From positions 1,054,001-1,118,000 of the forward strand of contig NEEC01000002.1 in the NCBI GenBank assembly GCA_002189035.1: a stretch of 64,000 bases of DNA. The letters run 5' to 3'. The notes beneath the pieces were generated by a model. It saw only the letters and a list, made by a program, of their open reading frames with translations, was not told the origin of the DNA and did no database searches. Source of the DNA: Utricularia gibba (lineage: Eukaryota > Plantae > Magnoliophyta). The position numbers and the translations under genes were made by a program. This document shows, piece by piece, positions 50,991-64,000 of this stretch (position 1 is the stretch's first letter; every line of letters begins with the position of its first letter).

Positions 50991-51947
50991 TGAAAGCATG
51001 TAGAATGAAAGGATGCTGTGTATATGATCAAAAACCAATGATTTAGCATTGACCTTACATACATTTTTATAGTTATCTCAAGATCGGAATTTAAACACAC
51101 TAATCACACTACACTCAACATAACTAATTCAACTTAAAAACTGACATGGAACAAACTTCATTAGATCCTCCAGCAGCCAAGGTCTACTAAGTGACCATAA
51201 TGAACTCCTTGACAGATTCCATGAGATTATCCTTGCCACCTTCAAAAGTGAGACAACAACATATGCCTCTTGATGCACATCCTATCGGTAATCAATGTGT
51301 GTATCGTAACCAGATACTTGGTTTTACATTCTTTTCTTGTTACATACTCAGCACATGCTAAATTATGTGCTCAGGTTTGATTCTAATATCAAATATTATG
51401 AGACACATTCATGTTTAATAATATGGAAGAGGCCCCTTAGCTTAGGAAGAGCGGCCCCATATTGTGAACGGTAATTGGCATGGGGCGGCGACAGGGTTCT
51501 GTTAAGTATGAACGAAAGAAGACGCCTTGTGTCTTGTGATGGGGAGGAGGAGAAGGGCGCCAGCTCCCTGAGAAGTTGAGAGCTGTGCGGGGGCGGACGC
51601 GGAGCCGCTTGCGTTCAGACGTTTCGACAAACACCACGTGGGGCCTCAATGAATGATCGATTGCAATTTCTAGTCGACGTGGCATGAAGGGATTGGGCAG
51701 TCTTCTCCCATCGGTCCAGCTCAGCCATAAAAGCGCTGCAAATTTCTATTTTCATTTAATTACCCTTCTAAAAGGAGATGATGTTAGATTAGTAAATATT
51801 TTTTTGACAAAAATAGAAACTATTTTTATTTTTTAAAATAATAAAGGGTAGGATCCTTTCTTGGAAAGTGTTGTTCGTGTTTGGAGACGATGATACTAAC
51901 AGTTTTAAGGAGAATCAGCAGCACTTAGTTTGGTTGGTGTTGGCAAG

Positions 51948-52519
51948 TTATTGGAGAAGGATCCTCTGGTACTTGAGCTCAGATGAGGACTCGGATTCAT
52001 CGGAGGGGCCTCTCTTCCGGCCGCACTTCACAACAATGGGCGGCGGAGGGATCTCGTGGGCGTCGATCGGGGGAGGAGGATGGCGCCACTCCGGTAAAGG
52101 TCCGGCAAGGAGAAGGGTTTGTAGAAGGGGCCCTGCATTCATCACGGCCTGCAGAAGCTTGCCTTTTTCCGGCAATGCTTTCTCCACTGGGAAGAAGTCC
52201 AGCAATGCGGACGAGACGATGCTCGCGTCCGAATCCGGCGAGGAGAAACCATTGCACGACTCGATTTCGACTCGTCTTCTTTGCTCCTCCTCCTCGGAGA
52301 CCCAGAGCTGGCGTTTGAGCAGCGCGTTCTCCTCCACCGTCATCCGGCAACTTTCCATGGCCGCATTCTTTTCCACGATGGCTTGATTCAGAAGCTCCCT
52401 GAGCAGGAGGATATGCTGCTCCTTCTCCAGCAGCACCTGATGAACACAATGATCAACGTTAAGTTGACACAGAAGAAGGGTGAAATCTAAAGTGGTAACT
52501 GAACCTTATGAAGCTCCAT
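51948..52519 (-). CDS. DUF1635 family protein, 2 exons
   Basis: LPEKGKLLQAVMNAGPLLQTLLLAGPLPEWRHPPP signature. The 15-nt first exon (MELHK) joins through a 68-nt GT-AG intron (52437-52504). Confidence 0.85.
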
Positions 52520-53496
52520 GAAAGAAGACGAAGACTTGGTAGTGCGAGTATGAAGAGGAAGTGAAGAGTCAGGGATTGCAGCCCCTTAAAAGGACAAAGA
52601 TGCAGCCCACTTTTTTCTTAGGCGTTTTCTACAAAACGACACTCACTGGATTGAAAACACAACTGTGGGTGGTGACTTCAGTCTCCGTGTCACTGCTGTC
52701 TTGAAAGTATGACAGTTTTTCTCTTTCTGGTTCCCATTATTTCAAAACATACCAATGTATTCCTGTAGTGGATACCATCAGTATGCGCGTCATGTCAATT
52801 TTTCTGTTTGACAGAGAATTTGAGCTTGACAACCTGATCCACCATCAGAGACCAATCTCTTTAGGACTACTCTGTCTCATCTGCTCAATTGTCGAGTTGT
52901 TGAGTGATGGGAAACCGGGAAAAATGTGATCACTTCCTGGTATAGGATTTGTTAGTGTTTCATGTTCACTTATAGAGGAACAAACTCATATCGAATACAC
53001 CAGCTCAAGAATCCGAGTGTTGCCTGGCAGGCTTTCAGTTTGAACTGGTGGTTGCAGTCCAATGCATTACAATTCAACAAAGAAAAAAAAGCATGAGCAC
53101 AAGCTCACGGTTGGGTGAAGCTTTTAGAAGAAAATACACTACTGCCTAGAACTCGAAATCTGAATGAGACCTAAAACAATCCATGGAGGAGGCTCATCAC
53201 TTGTTGCTATTCGTGGCTCCTACCTTATGGTATCCTCACTTGTTCTGATGGAAGATGAATTCCCAAGTTAACTTTAACCTATCTCATCATCATGGGCACA
53301 AACAACAGAGAAGACTTGCACAACATGTCTTTAAAGAACAACTATCGGTATGAATGAATCAAGCACAACACACAGCAACAAGTAAAAGATATGGTAACAA
53401 AAAATAAGGGAGTGCAGGACAATTTGCGTAGCCTGGCTCACCTTTAACAGCTGAAAGAAAAGAAAATCTCAGTCCCACTGGCTCCATTCAACTCCA

Positions 53497-54115
53497 CTAG
53501 TTCAGGAACACATCAGTGAGAACAGTGTTGGATTTCAGCATAGCAGCTAGCATCTTCAGTGCCTATAATCATCATCAGAGTCAATGAACACACTTTGTTC
53601 AGTACTCAACTCCATTAACCCAAGAAAATCAACCAAATAAACAAGCTTTTTTTGTTCATTACTTCATCCACGCCCATAGTCACCACACGTTCCTCCAACA
53701 ATCCCACATCCTTAATTCGAAAACTGCTGAGCAACCCAATGCTCGAAATCTTGGACAACGGCTTCACCACCAAATCATCCATCACCATATAAGTAACCAT
53801 CCCTTTCACCAGCCCACCCCCGCCGTCGATCGACGATCCCGGCAACGGAATCGAAGATGGGCAAGGTGGATAAAGAACCAGGTTCTTGTTTTGATTCGGC
53901 TGAATGTACGATTCGTTGAGGGTCTCCAGACTCTCGAAAATATTGCGCAGGGAGCCGAGAGATTGTTCGCGGGAAATCAATCCGACGACGGTGGCGACGG
54001 GAAGAGAAAGGATGTGAAAGAGGAAATCGGCGAAGTCTTTACCGGTCTCCGCGAACAGAACCCGCTTTTCTGCAGTGTCGACGAGGAGCTTCAGTTCCAC
54101 AGGCGTGATCGGCAT
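53497..54115 (-). CDS. DUF674 family protein (short form), 2 exons
   Basis: LKLLVDTAEKRVLFAETGKDFADFLFHILSLP; GSLRNIFES; GLVKGMVTYMVMDDLVVKP; EERVVTMGVDE|ALKMLAAMLKSNTVLTDVFL. Confidence 0.92.
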
Positions 54116-54787
54116 GGCTACTCCCGGTAAAAGAATCTTTCATTATTCCCCATACATAAAGCCCTAATTCCATTGGACCCAAGCTCACCCATCCCCGCGC
54201 ATTTACAGTTCATCTTCTTCGACATAATTCTATTGGGCCGCCGTCATGTGCAGCTCAAAATAGCCCACTACAGTTTTTTTTCTTTTAATTAAATTTGAAA
54301 AGAAATAAATTAAATTAAATTGATTTTCAGACAAAGAGGCTGCGGCGGCGGCGGGACCCCTCGAGTATCAACGTCGTCCTTACCTCATTAGTACGTCACG
54401 CGCCGTTAGTTTATATAAATAGAAACTTCTGAATTTATATTATTTTTCAAATTCATATTTTATAATAAAAATATTTTTGAAACGTTTTTAAATTATTAAA
54501 GTTATTTTTTAGAAAAAAATTGCTCTAACTGTGGGATTGGTGCAATTTTTAAATTTTATTAACAAAATTCTTTTTAATTTTATGATTAACTCCCAATAAT
54601 CACGTGGATAAGAAACGGTCAGCTCCATAGGGAAGAAGACAGTAGGATGATTAGAAAGCTTCTAGAAGAAAATTTGAGTCACGAGATTTGACTTTTGGTG
54701 TTTCCTGCTGCTGCTGATGGATCGGAATTTCTTCCTGTCAATAAGAACCTGCCTAAGTTTAGTTGGGTTTGGTGCAGACGGAGGAGA

Positions 54788-55589
54788 TGGGAAGAGCTCC
54801 CTGTTGCGATAAGGCGAATGTGAAGAAAGGTCCATGGTCGTCTGAAGAAGACGCCAAGCTGAAGCAGTTCGTCGAACAATTCGGTAATGGCGGAAACTGG
54901 ATCTCTCTACCTAAGAAAGCTGGTGAGCAACATGCTTGTCCTATTCGGAGATGGATGTACTTCCCCTGCACTGACTCTCGCCATTGCTGTTACTATTTTC
55001 AGGGTTGAGGAGATGCGGGAAGAGCTGCAGGCTACGGTGGCTCAACTATCTCAGGCCAAACATCAAGCACGGAGGCTTTTCCGATGAAGAAGATCGGATC
55101 ATCTGCGCTCTCTACGCAGCTATTGGAAGCAGGTCTGCTGGAATAACCCGGACACGGATCCATCAAACTGTCAATCTTTTTACGCTGATTGGGACCAATG
55201 TGGATGACAGGTGGTCGATAATGGCAACCCAGTTGCCGGGGCGAACCGATAACGACATCAAGAACTACTGGAACACGAAGCTGAAGAAGAAGCTAGTGAT
55301 GAAGATGGTTACTCAGCCGTCTTTCCTCCAGTCACACAGGGACATTGGCACGTTGCTGAGCTTCCAGATAGCGAGATCTGAATCATTTCCAGGCCTGGGA
55401 AGCTTCATCTTTTCCAATCAAAGCTCCCCATACCAGGGGCTCCATTTGCCTTCTGAAGGGTTCATTAGCAATGGAAGATATCAACAGGAAATGGGATGCT
55501 TCCAGGGGATTCTCCCTGACGAGAACGCGTGCGATCTTCCCCTTCAAGCCGCTGAAACCGATATTTGGGGAATGCACTACCCAATTTAA
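54788..55589 (+). CDS. R2R3-MYB transcription factor (RAX/MYB36-like subgroup), 3 exons
   Basis: [22 protein letters not shown]...[11 protein letters not shown]|[27 protein letters not shown]...|[29 protein letters not shown]. Confidence 0.96.
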
Positions 55590-56318
55590 CTGCAGAAGCC
55601 TTGTAAATCTGCGGTTCTTCTGTAAATAAAAATAATCATTTTAATATCTATAAAAAAAAAAATTCACAAAATTGACTTTCCATTTCGAGCATTAAAGCGT
55701 GTCCACGTTTATGGTATTATAATTATAATTTTCAGAATACAAAATAATATTTCTCGAATTTACAGTGAATAAATAAGATTGACCTAGGAAAATTTTTAGG
55801 TCCTTTTTTTACTTCTATTTTTACCAAAAGTAATTTTACACATAATACTTCCTTTTTTTTCTGTTTTTGATAAAAATATTTTTTAATTATAATTAAAAGT
55901 AATGCATCATTAAAAATAAGAAAACAGTTGTTTCTATTTTTCATTTCTATTTTTTTCATCATATTCTTAAAAATATCTATTTCTATAATTTTTCTAAAAC
56001 ATTTCATTTCTATTTACACTTCTTCAAAAAATTCATGTTTCTCCTTTTTATTTTTTTAAAAACAAAAGCAAACTTCAAAAATTTTCCAACGCACTTATTT
56101 AATGTTGGTTAATTTTGGATATGGTTACGTGTGACACACAACCGAGCCCTGGTCCTTATCCCTTGTACATTAAATAATTATATATTTAATAATATTAATT
56201 AAATTTTAATACTGACAAAACACCGTGTGAATGCGACTGGTAACAAAATATCTTGATGGGTCGCCGGTAGTTAGAATGTCCTAGAAACCTTGGGCGCCGC
56301 CATGGTGCTTCACTTCCA

Positions 56319-56510
56319 CACGTGGCGGTCAATCCTTCCTTTGGATTTCACTGCAGCATGGAAATGAATGGGTAAGGGTAATTTGGTAACGTGGCCTGGC
56401 GAAATCACGTCTGCTTTTTAGAATCCAGGCGCATCGATCCGGTGAATGGGATTTCCTGGAGGCCAAGATTGCTAGCTGGCTGTTAATTGCCGACTAATCA
56501 TCTTTATAAG
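56319..56510 (+). promoter_or_regulatory. ABRE/G-box cluster and TATA upstream of the HIPP gene
   Basis: CACGTGGC (56319-56326), ACGTGGC (56389-56395), CACGTC (~56407) and TTTATAAG (~56503). Paired ACGTGGC is the established ABRE configuration. Confidence 0.5.
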
Positions 56511-56558
56511 CAGCCCATTGGACAGGCGTAAGGAGGCGAAGAGGATATTTCCAAAGAG

Positions 56559-57706
56559 ATGGGATGGGTAAGAACAGAGGATTTCAGAGTGGGAGAGGTG
56601 ATGTGTTTAATGGGTTGCTTTGGTTGCCTGAGTTTTGATTCTTGCAGCTGAGCAAGAAGGAGAAGAAAGAGAAGGGGAAGGAGAGGAAGAGCACCGTCGT
56701 GCTGAAGACGGAATGCCAGTGCAACGGCTGTACTTCCAAAGTCATCGACTGTATTAAACGTTTTGATGGTGAGAAGAGAGAATTTGGACTGGTGGGTGAT
56801 TCCGTGGTTTGGATGTTTTCTTAAGCAGCATGTCTTTCTTTGACACAGGGGTGGATATGGTGGATTTCGGAGAGGGACAGACGGTCGTGGTGGTGGGGGA
56901 GGTAGATCCGGTGAAGCTCCAGCAGAAAGTGGAGAAAAAGACGCACAAAAAAGTGGAAATCTTGTCTCCAACTACTGGTGAAGACGAGGAGGAAGAAGAG
57001 GTTACCTTTCTGACTGTCCTGCTAGTTCATCGTTTTCAGGGTCCCCTTGTTCTTAGTAGGTTTTCATTAAACGACCGGCGGTTTTCCTCCTCCACAGCCA
57101 TCGGTGACTACGGCGGTGATGAAGTTGGACTTCCATTGCAATGGCTGCACAAAGAAGATATACAAAATAGTAATGAATACCGAAGGTAACATTTCGTCAA
57201 ACATCTGATGCTCATCCTCCTTGCACATTAAAAATTCATTCTTTCTCCTGCAAGGTTTCACAGGCATGAAGATGGACGCGGAGAGGCAACTCCTGACGGT
57301 CACCGGGTCCATGGACATGGAGGAGTTGGCCGAGTCGCTCCAGAGACGGCTATCGAGAAGCGTCGTAATCGTACCTCAAAAGGAACAAGGACGCAAAAAG
57401 AAACACTCCGGCGGCGACAAGGCCAAGGAGAAATCAAAGGAAAAGGAGCATGCTGCAGCAGCAAACCCTTCCCCCGTCGGTTGGATGGCCGGAGATCACC
57501 GCCACTCCGGCCCAAATCCTTACGGGGCTCCATGGGTTCCGACTCCGAATCCTTATGGGGCTCCATGGGTTCCGACTCCGAATCCTTATGGAGCTCCATG
57601 GGTTCCGAATCCAAACTTATACGGGGCTCCATGGGCTCCGAACCCTTACGGAGCTCCGCACTTTCACAACCCAAGTCCATCTGGAGCCCCGTTTCATGCC
57701 CAGTAG
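56559..57706 (+). CDS. Heavy-metal-associated domain protein (two HMA domains, HIPP-derived), 5 exons; CaaX tail out of frame
   Basis: VVLKTECQCNGCTSKV and AVMKLDFHCNGCTKKI metal motifs; VDPVKLQQKVEKKTHKKVEILSP; Pro/Tyr-rich repeats. Stop TAG at 57704-57706, while CSIL* lies in another frame ending at 57747. Confidence 0.88.
57512..57660 (+). repeat. 33-bp coding tandem repeat (PNPYGAPWVPT), 3 near-perfect and 2 partial copies
   Basis: cc(a/g)aatcctta(c/t)gg(g/a)gctccatgggttccga(c/a)t repeated in frame. Confidence 0.95.
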
Positions 57707-58202
57707 ACCTCCAGCGAGGAACCCTTGTTGACTGTAGTATACTATAAAATAAGCTCAAAATTACCATGTTATTTTCCTTCACATTTTGTTACCAACTTTG
57801 GTATATTTTTTATTTCCTAATTGTTTCGACAAGGTTTTACCAATCGAAATTCAAATACGGTAATTAACATTTTGAAATAAAATGAATGTGACATAATAAA
57901 TATATTATTATGGTTTAATTTCTAACTATTTCCATTTTATAATCTTCATATAAGTTACTTAAATGTTTGCTTCAATAGAATATTTGTATTTATGCCATTT
58001 ATTTAATTTGTTTTTAAAAAATTACTTTTAAATTTGGTAAGGTTCTATTTTTTTGGATTGTGCATACGGGCCCAATCTTCTGATGGGCTCCCTAGCCCAA
58101 TTGAAATAAAATATTTCCCGTTTTTTTATTGTTATTTTCGACCGAACTTGATGTTCCTTTGCTTTCACGGACTGTTCGTCCTTCTCCCAAATCGCCGGCG
58201 AG

Positions 58203-61704
<3,502 letters not shown>

Positions 61705-62879
61705 AGAACTCTGCCACAAGGGGTTTACAGACAGTTTTTCATATCATCATGCGACTTGTCTGAGATTCAAAGTCTGAACTCTTATTTGGAACTGATGTCG
61801 TCATCACCATCATGCCACTGAAAGGGTGGAGACTTTGACTGCTACTCTTTCTGGTTTTTTTATTTCCTTCAGAACGACCCCCGAGTCAATCTGTCCACAT
61901 CTACCGCCGCCGGCTTCCATGAGCCACACTTGCAGGACCACCACGACCGGTATTCATGGGCCAGATAGAGAATTAAACACTCGTTTTCTCTTCCTCTACA
62001 TCGCCTGCTTGTTTGGATAAGGGTCCAGGCTCCAGTAATCGCTAGATCGGAACTCTTCCGAACCTCCATGGACTGACCAGTATCCGAAATCCGACTTGCC
62101 CTCCAACTCTGATCCCTCCAAACCAGGATTCTTCTCTTCCCTCCAAAGCAAAGTATTCCTCTTGGTTCTTCTACGAAAATTGGATCTTTAGAATCAGCGT
62201 TGTGTCGGAAAAAAGGCTCTTCCAACCAACAGGTCAACAATGGTAGTCGTTTTCGCTTCGACGGTTATAATTGTGTGAATAGAAAAAGTTCAGAAAAGGG
62301 GTTTTGAGTGTAAATTTGAATAACTGAAGGGGTATCACCAAAATGTGGCATAACATATGCGTGAAGGCCAAGTCTTTCGAGCGAGGGAAGCAGAAGGAGA
62401 CAGCGCCATGGCGGTGGTCTGGGGTGTAACGTATTGATAAATCCCCCGTTGCTGGGCTTCGGTTTGTTAATGGCGAACAAATTTTCAGGAAGATGAGAGA
62501 GGAACGGCCCCCCAGTTAGGTAACTCCGCAGATGAGAAGCAAGGTTCGAGTAGGGCGACGATTTTGAACGTGAATCACCTTCTCTGAATCGGTCTTGATT
62601 GACCCATCTCGGAAAGTGAAAAGGGGAGAAATTGCCACCCAAATCTCACACAGACGGAGCCCAGCTTCCGGGTTTTTTCGCGAAAACAGCGGCCAATGCT
62701 GAGGAGAATGGCGGCGCGTGGCACCTATCTTCCAAAATCGATAGCTTGAGGTGATAAATAGTGGAAGAAGACTAATTATTGGAAAGGGAACACCAACCGC
62801 CGCGCGGAAGGAACAGGGGAACCATCAACCTAGTTGGGTACTGAAGGAAAAAGGGGACAAAAGAAACTTGCAAGTCTTT

Positions 62880-64000
62880 ATGAGATCGATGGAGGAAGTG
62901 GCGGTTGGGCTGAAAAGGAAGAGGATGACTGCTTGGTCATTCAAGGCATCATTTCGGAACCCCCAGAAAAAACGAGCAAGTAATTTGGTGCATCCTTACG
63001 ATAAATTGTAGCAGAACTTATGTTTTTTTCTTCTGCCCCGTAGAATGCTCATTTGGGTATCTTTGTCACATTTTTCTGGAGATTTTTTCTTTTAGAATGT
63101 TGCTAGTGAGTATAATCATGCTGGAGTATAGGTGAGATGTATATTGAGGGTTTAAGCGTCTTATCTTCTATCAGGTGGGGATGCTGAGGTTGAAAATGCA
63201 AAAAAAGCATCCAACAGCTGCAGTAGTAATGATAATAGTAAAGATGGCTTGATGAAGAAAAGGATTAACAGAGAATCTGGTCCTGCCTTTGTTCAAGATG
63301 GGGATCATCAACCAGCTCAACTTGCAGTTGCTGTTTCTAATTCTGATAAAGGTAGCAAGAATTTTCTTATGCAACTGCCTTAGTAGCATTTCAACTTGAC
63401 ATTATTCTGAAGTTTATTTGTGTTGATCTGAGGAAGTCTGTGACCGATCCCAACAATTTCGGAGAGACAGCATGATTGATGAGGTCAGCTCATGCAGCTT
63501 GTCCGGCCTGGAATCATTTGCTTCCGTGTCTGTGTCTGAAGATAGGGCATCATCATCAGTTCAGATGAACCTTAATGATCTTCCGCAGGGGGCACCAATA
63601 GGATCACAGGTAACCATTGAACTTTCAGTAAATGCTTTTCCTTTTTCTTCATTTATTTTTTTTCTCACAGTATGAGATTTGATACCGGCCTATTGGTGGA
63701 CAGGCTGATCTTATGATTCATTGGTGCTAGGGTTGTGTTCATGAAAATTTTGTCAATAGCTGATGGATTTTTATTTATGCCTCTTTGCTGTTGAATAGAA
63801 TATGATGGGGAATTCGGTACCTGAGGATGTCTTTCTGTTTGGAATTATGCCATTACCTCCAATCTTAATAAACAATTGTCATCGGATTCAAGACTTGGAT
63901 TGTTGACTGTGGTGGTGCTGTAATTTGTTATCTTTCCAACCAGGAGGAATTTCACAAGATTTGGGAGAAAGAAAGGTGTAGACTGGAAGAAGATCACAAA
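62880..64000 (+). CDS. 5' part of an unidentified multi-exon gene (runs off the window)
   Basis: Phase-compatible GT-AG exons give M(RSM)EEVAVGLKRKR...|SGDAEVENAKK...|...MIDEVSSCSLSGLES...PIGSQ and a last exon EEFHKIWEKERCRLEEDHK. It has an NLS-like KRKR. Family not recognised. Confidence 0.55.

Noticed and set aside
53195-53300. ATGATGA and GTGATGA box C-like motifs on the minus strand
   Set aside because: No CTGA box D at a suitable distance, no terminal stem and no rRNA guide.
55690-56100. AT-rich segment ending in ccaacgcactta, resembling a Tourist MITE end
   Set aside because: No matching left TIR or TSD was found.
57512-57660. CRISPR-like repeat array
   Set aside because: The repeats are contiguous with no unique spacers and are in-frame coding in a eukaryotic gene.

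Overview
Plant (angiosperm) nuclear DNA from a very compact genome: about 24 protein-coding loci in 64 kb, mostly with 70-110 nt introns. Recognisable genes, in order: RidA, an IQ67-domain protein, hexokinase, a frameshifted ATL42-like RING-H2 ligase, site-1 protease SBT6.1, soluble UXS, a PLS-E PPR, COV1/LCV, a FAR1-related factor, Dof (OBP4-like), an RRT1-like GT106, CAS, a LMW protein-tyrosine phosphatase, HDA9, COX VIIa-like, arogenate dehydratase, U2AF35, DUF1635, DUF674, an R2R3-MYB, a HIPP with an out-of-frame CaaX tail, and CDC48. Two unassigned genes are cut by the window edges. Non-coding content: tRNA-Arg(CCG), tRNA-Leu(TAA), two Tourist-like MITEs, and a minus-strand polycistronic cluster of about 7-8 C/D and H/ACA snoRNAs (18.9-20.4 kb) that the ORF track misses. 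The most unexplained signal is a ~200-nt run of perfectly paired helices (a four-way cloverleaf plus two hairpins) at 38148-38346, which matches no RNA family I can recall. Other oddities: a spliced mosaic containing a SecA exon fragment, exon copies pasted into two CDC48 introns, and a tRNA in what looks like the intron of an antisense transcript to ADT. No CRISPR array, rRNA gene or autonomous transposon was seen. All family assignments are from recalled motifs; no searches or folding programs were run.
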